Of a stretch of 64,000 bases of DNA, positions 13,791 through 28,646 are shown in pieces (position 1 is the first letter of the stretch; every line of letters starts with the position of its first letter). This stretch comes from the human T2T-CHM13v2.0 reference genome, Homo sapiens. The DNA lies in NCBI RefSeq assembly GCF_009914755.1, contig NC_060928.1. One strand, 5' to 3'. The notes below the pieces were generated by a model. That model was not told the origin of the DNA. It saw only the letters and a list, made by a program, of their open reading frames with translations, and made no database searches. Both the position numbers and the translations under genes were made by a program.

Positions 13791-14876
13791 TAAAATCCAG
13801 ACTTCTTAAAAATTAGTGCTTCAGTGTACCAGGTTGGTTGGTCCACTCATTCACTCATTCATTCCTTCATTCACTCATTTTGTGAGGCTGTGTTAGAATA
13901 GGAACAACACAGACTTCAGAATCAGAGAAACCTGGAGTTCAAATCCCAGCTCTGGCTTTCCTTGCATATTCCCTGATGTCTACTTATCTTTTAGCTGTAC
14001 TGAAAGTCATATGTCAAGCATCCAGCACAGGACTCAAAGCATTAAAAAGTGCTCAATGAATGTTTCCTTTTTCCTTCATATAGGTTCCTGAATTGAAAAT
14101 TACATTAAAAAATCTTCATGTGGTGGCTGGCACACTGCAAATGGAAACTTAATATAATTTTATTGCCATTAGTAATAATAATAAGAGTAGTGGTAGCAAT
14201 CAGCATAGTGGTTGTAGTGATAGTGGTAGTAAAATAATCAAAACCTAAACTGAGAGAGGGTGAAGAGAGGCAGGTTTCCAAGTGTGCACTGTTAATGCCT
14301 ACATAATCAAGACTCAGCTGTTCAGCACTGAGTGGGAGGGTATTTCTGGGAGACGGGTGGAGCTTTTCTCCTCCTTGTTGGTGTCTTCACAAATTCCAGC
14401 AATCAAAATAGTCATTTTCCTTCCTTGCCAATGTCATCTTAAAAGAACCTCTCTCTAAACCCAGGTGCTTAAATTGTCCAGTGAGTTTCTCTCCTCTTTA
14501 AGAAGAAGTTGAGGAATGGGACAAACAAGCACCTTAGTATTTGTTCTCCTGTAAACACCAGAGCAAAAGTATGTTCGAAAGGGCATCTCACAACGTGTGT
14601 TAGGATGTGAGATGCCCTTTCGAACATACACAGCAATGGTTATTAGGATGTTTAGCATAACACATGTATATTCAAAAAAACTAAGCAAGTCACAGAAGGC
14701 ACAAGCAGGCCTTGAAGAAAAAAAATCTCAAAGTCGCTGACACCCCTGCAGCCTGTGCTAGAACCAAACAGAACCCCTCATGCCAGCCATTTAGGCTTTC
14801 TGATAGTGGGGAAAAATACAGCAGGTATTTATAAAACATAGGCTTAAAGTCCCATGCAGGCATGGTTTGTCAATAC

Positions 14877-14939
14877 CTCAGAATCCCAAGTGGCCGCTCT
14901 GGCGATGATGATGATGATGACGACGACGATGACGACCAT
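14877..14939 (-). CDS. CCDC149: Alternative first coding segment of CCDC149 (MVVIVVVIIIIIARAATWDSE) inside a predicted 127-nt internal exon, 14877-15003
   Basis: Acceptor gtgttcttattcctag ends at 15004; 64 nt of UTR; accatcATGG at 14939; 21 codons; GAG|GTATTG donor at 14876. Same length and phase as the CpG-island exon. I recall a CCDC149 isoform with this N-terminus. Confidence 0.75.
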
Positions 14940-14956
14940 GATGGTGATGATGATGA
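14904..14956. repeat. Compound (GAT/GAC)n trinucleotide repeat
   Basis: (gat)5(gac)3 gat (gac)2 cat, then further gat units; read directly. Confidence 0.95.
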
Positions 14957-15036
14957 GTTAATGACGTGGCAACTATCCACTACTTATGAATAAGTAGTGC
15001 TGACTAGGAATAAGAACACGTTATAAAAACAGCATA

Positions 15037-15251
15037 TGATACTGGAAGTCAGAATAATGGTTACCTCTGGGTGAGGCAGGAGGGATATCTTGGCTCAGAA
15101 GGGCATAGGAAGCCTTCTGGGGAGCTGGGGATGCTCTAGAACTTGCTCTGGGTGGTGGTTACACAGGTATGTGCACATGTAAAAATGCACTGAGCTGTAC
15201 ACTTAAAATGTGTGCCTCTGCTGTCTACGTGTTAGCCTCGATACAAATAGT
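15037..15251 (+). mobile_element. Old L1M 3'-end fragment with 11-bp TSD
   Basis: L1MC/ME-like 3'UTR (gggtggtggttacacagg, gagctgtacacttaa) flanked by aaaacagcata at 15026-15036 and 15252-15262. Confidence 0.7.
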
Positions 15252-16789
15252 AAAACAGCATACACTATAAATTCATTTTTAGAAATTAGGGCATGGAAAC
15301 ATGGAAGATTACAGCAGTCAGCTCTGGGTAGTCAAATTGTAGGTGGCTTTTTTTCTTTTATATGTATCTGTATTTTCTAAATTTGGAGGGTGCAGTGAAT
15401 TTACATTGCTCGGTGTTTAAAGTTAAAATCCACTGTTACCCAAGGCATTTCTCATCTCTAGATAACACCTTCAGTCATTCACTTTCTTCTCAAACCTTTC
15501 CTCATTCACAGGCTCAGGCAGTCTGGGGCATGTCCCTCATGGCTGCCTGAGGAAATTCTTTACAATGGGCATGGGGTGGGGTGGTGAGTCTGAGGTGTTA
15601 CTAGATTATCTCACTTTCTTGGAGCCTCTGCTCAGACAGGACTGGGTCACCTGGTGCACCTGTCTTCAGGCTCCCACAGCAGAGGGGCTATGAGACCATC
15701 CCTTCAGGATGACCTGACCCCACTCTTGAGGACTCCTTAGCCCACTGTTGCTCAATTTCCAGCCTATACTGAAGTCTGGGCAGGAATCTAGAACCAGACC
15801 CCAAAAGTCTCCTTTTCAGCTCACATTCTTGGGTTTAGATCAGGTTAGCAGAAGCAGAGATGAGGAAAGCGGTCTTGCAGCATGCAAGGGCTGCCGCCTC
15901 TTGTCTGGAAGTGAGCATGCAGGGCGCCTGAATCCAGGGTTCCCAGCACAAACCTGGGGTCCAGAGGGAAAAACATCCAACAGGAAGTTAAAACCGAGCT
16001 CCTCTTGCTTGCTTCTTGCTGAGTGACCATAAAGAAGGATGCTGAACTTCTGAGCATTTCACGAACACTCTGAATTACCATGTCTTTGTTTATATAATGA
16101 GGTCATTACCACCTGCTCAGTCTAATCCACAAGCTTGTTATGAGGGTTCCATAAGGAAATGGGGGGTAAGGTGACTACATCCTGGTGGACTGTATACCCC
16201 AACTTTTGGCAGAGTGCCTGAGACACAGTAAATCCTTGTAAATACCAGTTGAAGAAAGACGAATGTAAAGAATTATTTTTATCATTATTTTTCTTAATGA
16301 GAAGACCATAGGGGCCAAAGAAATTGCATGAGAGTCAACCGTGGGTAGCAAATAACCTTTGGAGCAAGCTTGAATTCTAGAGCAGAAGAGAGTTAAAGCC
16401 TGGTGTATGTTCAGACACGCTATAATACAGGTCAGATCCCATTACAGAAAGTAGCTCTTTATAACCAAATGATTTCCCACCCACAGCCTCTGCCTGGCTT
16501 TTTTCAAGCAATATATCTGAGATAATAAAATTCCAGTTTGGAAGGAAGGAAGGTAAAGAAGGGAGGGAGGAAGGAATTGACTTACAGTAAGTTCATAAAT
16601 CCCTTAGAGCTTATTAAAAGGTGATTTGACTTACTACCTTGAAAAGATCACAATCTATATTTTGAAAGTCATGTCTGTGGGATAAAAATGGATACAAAGG
16701 GACTTTGGGGAAAGAAACAGATGAGAATGTTGTTTGGACCAAAAGAAAAAAAAAATCAACGTCCTCGTGTTAATTCAGTAGTTTTTCAA

Positions 16790-17480
16790 TTTAAGTATTA
16801 ACTGAGAAACCATGAGGTTTGTCATCTCTTTTAGATTTTTCCACTATATGCAGGACACTGTGCTGGTCACAGTGAGAGATTCAAAGATGAATTGGTCAGT
16901 TCCTTCACTAGAGCAACTCCAAGCTGCAGGCAAGGCACAAACACATGTAAATCCAACCCATGGCGGCCAGGGAGACACGCGGTCAGAGAGGCATGGCTAG
17001 ATGTTGTGAGATCACAGAAGGGGAGGAGGGCTTTTAGTCTGGGGGCAAGAGAGCTGTGACTGAACCTTGAGAGAGAAGTAAGAAAAAGGAAGAGAACAAG
17101 AGTTCCAGGCAGAAGGCACGGCCTGATCAAAGGCTGGGTGTGTGGCAGCATGCGCTTCAGACAGAAATAGAAGTGGTTGTTTTCCAGGAGTGCAGGATGT
17201 GTGAAAAGGAGAAAGTCAAAATAAGTCTGAAAAGTTTGGTTTGGATGAAAGTAAGAAAGGCCTTAAATGACAGCAGAGTTTGGGCCAACATGAGAGCTGA
17301 CGGGAGCTATGGAGGTCTGTGAGTGAGGAAGGGTCACAGTCAGAGTTTTGCTTCCAGAGACTTGATCAGGCAGTAATTAATGAAATGGAAAGGTACAAGG
17401 AGACACAGGAGGTAGGGAGGGTGCTGAGGAGGCCTGCAAAAATCCCAGAGAGAGGTTGCTATGAGTTCTTTGTGAGCAAT
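16790..17480 (-). mobile_element. L2 fragment
   Basis: Purine-rich degenerate L2 motifs (cactgtgct, agttccaggcagaagg, gggagctatggagg). Confidence 0.55.
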
Positions 17481-18489
17481 TGCAGTCTTCTTCCCTAAGC
17501 ACTGAAAACAGCTTAATAAAAGGCTTACTCAAACCCCAGCAAATCAGCAAAGGAGAGCAGCCAGCAGATGCTCTGAAGGCCAGAGAGGGGTATGAATGAA
17601 GAGGGGCAGAACAATTTGGGCACGAGTTTGGATTTGGGCATGAGTTCGGACTTGGGCACAATAAGAGGCGTACGAAGTCAGAAGGTAACTAGGAGGTTCT
17701 CAGAAGAGGCCGCAGAAATGGCAGCTGCCCAGGCTTGACTGAGCAGCCTGCATGCATGCTGCAAAGTCTGGCAAAGCCAGAGAATGTTGGGAAGGAAGAA
17801 AAGGTTACAGATTGACCCCAGCAGCACTCACCAGGTTGGAGCAAATTAGAAAGCAAATTGGAACTGGCTAGTGAGAGAGAGTCCCATCCCTGCCACCTCC
17901 AATACTGCCTTGGTCGTGGGGTCTGCAGATGGCAGAGCAAGCAGGCACAGCAATCTGCGCCCCATCAATATGATTTTTCCATGGCATCATGTTGACAGTC
18001 AGCAGCTGACACATCACCTCCCTCTGCAGGAGCATCTCTGAAGCCCCGGGGAAGGGTTTTCCCAAAGCCCAGGCAAGGATAGGAGCATCGCCTCACCTGG
18101 AGAGGGTTGGGGGATTTAAAACACACTTTCACATACATCATCTCACTTTATCATCATCTTAACCGAGAGACACAGGTAGGTACTGTCATCCTCACTGTAC
18201 AAAGTCCAGAGAAAATGAGGTATTGGAGAAGTCAGGAGATTTGCTCAAAACCAGGTAGCTACATATTTCTGGAGCTTGGTGACTTACAAAACCCATTGCA
18301 ACTTGAGCCGGGAAGCTGGCCGGGACATTGGGCATGTTCTGGGGCACTTCAGACACTCCCAGCTCTCTTAGGGCCATGACTGGTCTGGAGGAGAGACTAG
18401 AAGTGGGGCACACCAGCAGGGTTGGCTTCAAAGAGAATCCTGGAAATGACAAGGTAATTGTCTTTCCTTCTTATTCCCTCCCTTCTACA

Positions 18490-19480
18490 AGCTACTGCTA
18501 AGTGTCTATCCTGTGCCTAGCATTGTGCTAGACATTGGTGACCACCCACCATTCTGAGGACCCCCATCCTCAGGAACCGAGTTACCCTGCCAACAATCCC
18601 CCATACCATCTTCCCAAATGCAATGTACCACTCATTGCCCAACCTCTTGGGGCCCAAGAGAAGTGGGAGACCCAAGGGGAGTCTGTGACATTTGAGCTGG
18701 GCTTTAACATATGAGTAGGAGGTCACCTTTGGACATAAGCAAGTCTTAGAGATGTTATAGGGCATGGAATGATCTGGCCAGAGTCAGGAGTACTATGAAG
18801 GGTAGGGGAGGTGGTGGAAATAAGGGTTACAGGAGTTACCAGAGGTGTGGAGTGGGAAGGGCCCTTGGAGGCCAACTGAGGCACATGGCTTTCATTCTGC
18901 AGTCCCTAGAAAGCCATCAGAGAGCTCTCAGCAGTAGAGTGGTAAAATCATTTCAATGCTTAGATGATGACTCTAGCAACTGCATGGAGGAAAGATCTTC
19001 CTAGAAGATATTCCAGGGAGAGGGGTTGAGAATCTGGCCACAGTGAAAGAGTGGGAATGGTGACACGGATGCCCTATTTAAGGACTTGTTCCAAAGCCAG
19101 AAAGATGGATCTTAATGAATAAGAATTAGAATCGGGTTGGGAGGTGTAAGTTGGGAAGAAGAATCAAGGTAGACTTCACAGTGATACCATTGAGGCGGGA
19201 TGGAAGCAGGAAAGAGAGATAGGAAAGTGTATACAGAAGGAGCATGAGTTCCACTTAGGGCACACTGAGTAAGGTGTTTAGTTCCTGGGGACATGGCCAG
19301 TAGCCACATGGAGGGATGCAGAAGCCCAGCATGTAGGAAAAGAAGAGGAGAGTATCAGAGGCTGCACAGCCAGGATTGAGTCCTAAAGAAAGACCACTGG
19401 GTGTGGCAGTTAGGAGGCTGGTCTTAGGCAGCCTTGGCAAGAGCATTATCAGGGGCAGTGAAGCTGTGAACGGGAGACCC
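18490..19480 (-). mobile_element. L2 fragment(s)
   Basis: Degenerate L2 motifs (gcattgtgctagaca, gacatttgagctgggc, gactgagtcc-like ends). Confidence 0.5.
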
Positions 19481-22400
19481 AAGTGAGTCGAAAGTGGATA
19501 AGGGCAAAGGGACAGACAGACACTGACACAGACAGGCTCCTGTGCTCTCCCCAAGCCCCATCCCTGTCCAGTCCCTCACATACACTCCTGACAGATCGGT
19601 TCCCTCCCCAATGCATCCAAGCAACTTCTACTCAAAGGAGACTATTGTGCCATTGTTCGGTTCCAGAATGAATGCCATACTTGGGTACTTGGGACCCTAG
19701 CACCCTCTATACAGTTAACAGGGCATTCAAGGTCTGCCTAACCAACACCTGATGCTCCACTATGTGTCCCCACCAGAGACCAGATGATCTGAGATTTCCC
19801 CAACAAGTCTTGCATTTTGCTATGTCTGTACCTTTGCCATCTCTATTCCTTCTGTCTAGAACACCCTTCCTTGACATCTCCATTTGCTGAAATTCTGCCC
19901 AACCTTCCTGGCCCAGGTGCCACCTCCATTAAGAACCCTCCTCAATCCTCCAATCTAAATTAGCCTCCCCTTAACCTGAAGAACGCTTATCACAATGCAT
20001 ATCACAGCATAGTGTCCTCATCCCCATTCTCTATCACCACTGCACTGTAACTCCTTGAAGGCAATTGTCACATGCAGAAGGCTTTGCACATAGTAATGCT
20101 CACTATGTAACTGGCACATTGAATGCTGACCTTCTCCTCTGCTAGACATCCTGTCCCACTGACATATGAGGGCTGTCCTTCACTCCTCCTTCACATCAAC
20201 CAGCCAACCCACTACAATGGTGGCTCTCTCCTGACATCACTGACCCCTACCTTTGTGCCTGCCATGAATAGAGCTATACGTGGGCAGGCACATCCATGAG
20301 CTACTTTCCCTAAATGAGGATGTGAGATCACAGTAGAGGCTCTGCAAATGGGCCAGAACCAGGTTGGTTCTGTACTCTGTATCAGTGCCCTGCCTCAGGT
20401 CCTGCACTACCTGAGCCACTGCATGATACATCATCATTCCAGAATTCCTGTCTCCTGCCCCAACACAGGTGGCCACAGTCCTTTCTCTAAGGAGCTTGTC
20501 AACTTATACAGGAGTTAATATCTACACAGAGATACAGCTCCTCTCTTTCTTAGGTAGCATGTGAGTGTGAAAGGATCACAGTTTAAGCCAAGCCAAATAA
20601 GGCAACAGGACGAAGAGCTCACTTCAAGATTGGCATCATGGAGGATTTTAGGAGGGATGTGGGGTTCCACCCCACCTTAAAGGACTGGTGAAGGCTGTGG
20701 ACAGAGAAGAAGGGGGAGGCCCACCTGGATGAGGTCAGGGTGTGAGATAAAGGTGGGAGCCAGAATGCATGGCAGATCATTTTGGCTGAAGCAGCCAGCG
20801 TATGTGGGGAGCAGTGAGACAGGCAGAAAGATAGGTCAAGGTCAGCATGAAGAGGCTCGAACACCAGGTGATGGGGAGCCACCACTGAAGGTTTCCGAGT
20901 AAGAGGACATCATGAAAAATGTTTTTTCTTAAAGGTGGTTTAATTGGCTAGCTGTACAGAGGATAAACTGACTTGAAGAAAATATGATACCCTGAACAGT
21001 ATTAGGATGTTTGTTGCAATAAAATAGCTTCAGATAATGAAGAGAGTGGACCAGAAGAGGTGAAAGTGGAAAGACTTCAAAGTAAAAATCAACCAAAGGT
21101 TTGTGTTCTTTGGGAACCAGGTCTCCACCACTTTGCCAGATGGGCCAGAGAGAGGTGCAGACTCTCAACTTAAGCAACTTCTCTGCCAGGAGGTACTAAC
21201 TTCTCTGCCAGTATGGTTTTACTGGTGGAAAACCAGGCAGTGAGTAGTAAATGTCATTCACTCTGGTCATTTTCATTCAGGAACTGGCCAAAGTCCTCTT
21301 CTCATCTTCAGCCAATGTATTTTATTCAACGTGAAACTCACTATATTAATTTTTTTAACATAATAAGTGTAGAAATTGTCAATTTTAGGAGCACATATGC
21401 GAATTTCCCCGCACAGGAGAGAACATGAATCCCATCAGTTAAAAATAGCAGTTGAGCTCACTTTCCCCCACACACTAATTTTAATAAACTTACTCTGAAA
21501 TTAGCCTGCCACTATGAAGATAGCTGCTCATCGAAAATGTTCCCAGTAAGCACTAATCTTCCTTCCCAAGAGCTCAAGTACTCCCAGGAAACTCTGAATG
21601 ATGCACAGTTCTGAACAGAACCCATGCTCTTCTCACCAAACTCATATCTCCTAACCTCCTGTCACTTCCAGTACCACCACCCTCCAGCCATGCAGCAAGG
21701 GCCATCTTGGACTCATTCTATTCCATCTCTCCAATCCTGCTAGCCGTAACTTGCTGTAGGGGTCTTCCTTTAGAATGTTTCCCATAGCCATCCCCTTTTC
21801 TCTATTCCCATCAATGCTGTAACCCCTTAACACCTCATTCATTCAAACATCCAAGCATTCATATATTCTACACGTATTGAGCACCTGCAATGGGCAAAGT
21901 ACAGGGCTAAGTGCTAAGGTTACATATGGTCCCTACTCTCAAAGATTTCAAGATCTTTTGGGTCCAGTGGAGAGACAGGTAAGTCAAGGGTTAGGTTGAA
22001 AACTACACGATAAGTGGTAGGACTTAGGTGCAATGGAAATAATTGAGAATGTTGATGGTGGCAGAAAAGGCTAGATTACTGGTATCTCCTCCTAACCTGT
22101 CCTTCCCTGATTCCTGGCAGGGTCACCAAATTAGTTTTTATATCATCACGGCCTGGCATAGTACCTTGCAGACAATACAGACTCAGTAACTGTTGAATTC
22201 AGTGGAAACCAACCTACCCCAAGTATTTTCATCAATTTGTACTCCAGTTAAAAAAAGCATTCAGTGCCTCCCCATTACCAGCTACATCAGGACACATCCT
22301 GCTGCCTGGCTTTTGAAGTCATTCACCATCTGGTCCTCCCTGGTTATCCAATCTCATTGCCTGCTGTACTTCAACCCAGTGATTTCTGCCTTTATCTGGA

Positions 22401-22630
22401 GCATCTCCGCAAAGGCCACCAACTTGGCCCAGTGCTCATGCCTTCTCATGATCTCCCTTGCTGTCTTCAACCAAAGGGAAGGGGCTCAGTTAAAGTTCAA
22501 CTTCTAAGAAGCTTTTCCCCACTCCATCAAGCCTCACCAACTGCCTACATTAGTGTCTAAGATCTATTGTTCGCTATTGTGCATGGTGTTTTCATCTAAT
22601 AACAACAGCTAATAAGAATGAATATTTTAA

Positions 22631-22944
<314 letters not shown>

Positions 22945-23694
22945 TATTTTAAAATATTAACTGACAGCCTATCTTCCCACCTTGCTTCCATTTCCTGCAA
23001 CCCTTACCCTAATTCTCCCCCATATATCTCTCCCCCTTTTTAAGAAGCCAGATATTCTGCCTTTACGTCTAAGAAAGGCATAGCCCAGCAGAACACAGGT
23101 AACAACTGACTGGCTTTTCCATTTTCAGGGCCTGCTCCTGAAGATATAAGGGCACAGTTGAGTCTCTCCAGTGGCGCCCTCGACCATAACTCCTCAAAAG
23201 ACTAGAAAGGATCTTCCAAGTTGAGAAAAGGGCAGAATCAGAGTGCAAATGAGAGCTTGGTAGTCAGTCTCCAAGAAGGAACACTGAGCTTGGCCCAATC
23301 AGCCTGGGGTTGAGAGGGCAGAGCAAGGACTTGGCGCTGAAATTTGGGGGACACAGCTAATTTTGATGGAAACCTGATGGGCTCGGGAATTAGAGAGGCA
23401 AGGAGTAAAGCTCTCTGTAGCAATAGCTAACTGTTTTGAATAACCATTCACCTCCTTTTGAAAAATACTGAGTTTACTGAGGTATAATTTGGAGAAAATT
23501 TCATCCCTTTTAGGTGTAAGTGTTCCATGAATCTCAACAAGCTTACACAGTCATGTAACCATCATCACAATCGAGACATAGAATACATCCATAAATCCAA
23601 AAGATTCCCTCATGTTTCTCTGCAGCCAATTTCCTCACTGTACCTTCAGGCTCTGGTAATCATTGATCAGTTTTCTGTCTTTTTAATTTTTAGC

Positions 23695-23992
<298 letters not shown>

Positions 23993-24677
23993 TTAATTTT
24001 TACTTTTCAAAAATTTCATGTATACCTTGATTGTGGTGATGGTTACACCAGTGTATGCACACATCCAAACTCTCAAATTGTATACCTAAAATATGTGCAC
24101 ATTTTAATATATTAATTCTACCTTAATAAAGGTGTTCTTAAAAAGATAGAAGACAGCATTAATTCATGAGTACAAAATAGTCACTCATCACAGATGTTAA
24201 AACTATCAGCTTTTACCCTATACCATGTACCCTGTAACCCACTTCCCCTAAATGAGTTATCTGGTTGTGGCTGCTCTGGGCACACTGCCTATGGGGTAGC
24301 CCTGCTCCACAAGGAGCAGTACGTTTGCTGCTAAAATAATTTTTTTAAAAAGAAAGTTATTCGGTTGTATACTGCTTGAGTTACATACATAGATGTGTAG
24401 ACAGGTGTGGACATGTGTCCTCATTTCTCTTCAATCCTACCTAGGAGAAGGATTGCTGGGTTGTTTAGTTAAGTGTGTGTTTGACTTTATAAGAAACTGC
24501 AAACCTTTTCAGAAGTGACTTTACTACTTTACAGTTCCTCCAGCAATGTATGAGACTTCTAGTTGCTCTGCGTCCCTGTCAGCCCTTAGCTGATGAGTTT
24601 TGTAACTTGTTGCTTTTCCATTCTAATAGGTATGTTGTGGTATCTCACTGTGATTTCCATTTACAGTTCCCTAATGA

Positions 24678-25091
<414 letters not shown>

Positions 25092-25258
25092 TTTCTTCTT
25101 ACTGAGTAGTGAGAGTTCCTTTTATATTTTGGATACTAGATGTGTGTTGTGCACATATTTTCTCCCAGTCTGTGACTCTTTATTGTTTTAACAGAGTCCG
25201 CCAAAGAGAATAACTTTTTAACTTTGATATGTCAACCTACTCATTTTTTTCTTGATAA

Positions 25259-25621
<363 letters not shown>

Positions 25622-25649
25622 TACTCTTATTTCTTAATGGGACCCTCCC

Positions 25650-26085
25650 AAATTAAACATGGGCACATTCTGCTACAGACTACATTCACAGCCTCTCTTA
25701 CAACTAGGAGTGGCCGTATGACTATGCTCAGACCAATGGGAGGTGAGCAGATGTGATATGTACAGTTCTCCACTCATCCCTAATTAAAGAAAAGCCCCTT
25801 GCCCTGGACTTGCCCCTTCTCTCTTTCCCCATTCCCATGGGCTGGGACACAAATGTGGCAGCAAGAAGCTTCAGCCACACAGATGAGGACCATACCCTAA
25901 TCGTGGAGCAACAAGATAAAAGAAATCTGAATTCTTAGATGACTCAAGGAGCAGGGCTGCCCTCCATGCCTGAACCACCACACTCACAAGAAAGAGACAC
26001 AAATGTCTTACCTTATTTAAACCACTCTATTTTGGAGGCAGGCATCTTTCTTACAGTGGCTTAGACTTTACCTTAACAAATACAC
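25650..26085 (+). mobile_element. Old ERVL-type LTR (LTR16/LTR33/MLT1-like)
   Basis: cagcctctcttacaactagg, gaccaatgggaggtgagcagatgtgat, atttaaaccact motifs. Confidence 0.5.
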
Positions 26086-26231
26086 CTTTATTTCTTAGGA
26101 AGTGAAAACTAATCCCCAATTCCCTGGACCCAGCCTTGGTGTTGTGACATGCTGTGTGTGCAACAGTTTCCCAAAGTTTCCCATAGCCCCAGGGTGATTT
26201 GAGGGCAGCATAATAATTAGCCCTAGAGTAA

Positions 26232-26633
<402 letters not shown>

Positions 26634-27617
26634 TAAAACTTGCCCCACCTTGGGCAAGACAGCAAAGTTCACCATGCCCAGAACAGTGAAAAGCAGTTCA
26701 TCAATTTGTTCTTCATTCATCCAAAAGTAGCATGGATGTGGTGCAGACAGCCAGAGGGCCAGAGGACACCTGAGGGGGGATGAGGGAGGACACAACAGTG
26801 ACCTAGAGTGACCAAGGGCAAGATACTAGACTAAATTAGGAGAGTGTGGGTAGACAAAAACAGCCCACCCCAGCACCCCAGCCAATGACTTAGCCTTAAT
26901 CTTAGTATTTCGTTAAGTCCCTTAGAATTTAAATACAAATTCAGGGAAAGGGAGTGGTGTGGCTTCATATGCAGATTACATTTCCACTACTCAAACAACA
27001 AAAACTTGTAATCAAAATTAAGGCATTATAGCAAATTATAGTTTTCACACACCAGAGTTTCTGTCGTGAGGTTCATGCTCACTGTTCCACTGCTGCCTTG
27101 CCCGGCAGAGGCCTATGCACTCATAAGCATTATTATTTCATTTGATCCTCACAATTAGGATCACCTATGAGGTAGGTACTTTTACTACCCTATTTAAAGA
27201 CGAGAAAAATGAGGGTCAGAGAAGTTACATGGTGCAGTCATTCCCTCAACATCCATTCTCCCTCTTCGAAAAGAAGCCCCCCAATTTTACTTGGGGATCT
27301 ACCCTAGCTCCACTCACAGTCCACGTGTCATGCAGCAGGGCTCTCAACACAACTCCAGGCCTAAAACAATCAGATCACTACCTGCCTGAGCGATTTCTTG
27401 CAGTTTAGGTGAGTGATCTAAGTGGATTTAAATGGAGCATCCCAGGGTTTCACAGGATCTGCTAGAGAAGGGTCTGTCTTCCCCTCTGGACTTGAACTTG
27501 AAAGGATGGGAGGCTTAGACTAAAGCCAGGCAGCAAGCAGACTCAAAGATGGAGAGAAACTGTCTGAGTGGTGAATCAGCCAAAAGCCAGCCCTAGCATG
27601 GAATTACTAGTCATGTT

Positions 27618-28122
27618 GGTTATAGTCACTTCCAAGGGCTGCCATAACAAATTATCACAAACTGGGGGACTTAAAACAACAGAATTCAACTGTTGCACAG
27701 TCCTGGAGGTTTGAAGTCCAAAATTAAGGTGTTGGCAGGACCGTGTTCCCCAGTGAGGCTCTCAGGGAGGATTCTTCCTTGCCTCGTCCTAGTTTCCGGT
27801 GGTCACCAGCAATCTTTGGCTTTCCTTGGCTTGTAGCTGCATGACTCCAGTTTCTGCCTCTGTTGTCACATGCCTTCTTCCGTCTGTGTCTTCACATTGT
27901 CTTCTCTTTGTGCATCTCTGTGCCCAAATTTGCCTCTTCTGATAAGGACACCAGGTCATTGGATTAGAGCCCACCCAAGATGACCTCATCATAACTTGAT
28001 TATATCTGCAAAGACCCTACTTCCAAATAAGGTCACATTCACAGGTGTTTGTGTGGTGGCAGTTGAGGGGAGGGTGTTAGGACTTGAACACATCGTTTTG
28101 GGGACACAGTACAACCTACAAC
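27618..28122 (-). mobile_element. MLT1 (B/C/D-like) solo LTR, apparently within an older LTR
   Basis: gggctgccataacaaatt, aaataaggtcacattcacagg, gggacacagtacaacc. Confidence 0.8.
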
Positions 28123-28328
28123 ATCAGCCAATAAATTGCCTCTAAGCTGATCCACTTTGGTTTGGGTTTTTGATCTTTTGTACCAAGAGAAAGGCAGGGC
28201 CAAGACTTCCCCCCAGGTCTCTTATTATCTTCAGAGTCTAAGTCAACAACTGAAACCCAAAGCTGGGTCTTTACCTTAACCACAGAGCTGGACTCTATAC
28301 CTACTCAACCTCTCCTTTCCAAATATCA

Positions 28329-28646
<318 letters not shown>

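Noticed and set aside
17612-17659. 18-bp unit repeated about 2.5 times (PNSCPN in the ORF track)
   Set aside because: Ordinary degenerate minisatellite; no spacers, so not CRISPR-like.
21176-21211. Direct repeat AACTTCTCTGCCAG x2 (similar small repeats near 6943, 30618 and 43233)
   Set aside because: Common slippage-type micro-duplications with no further structure.
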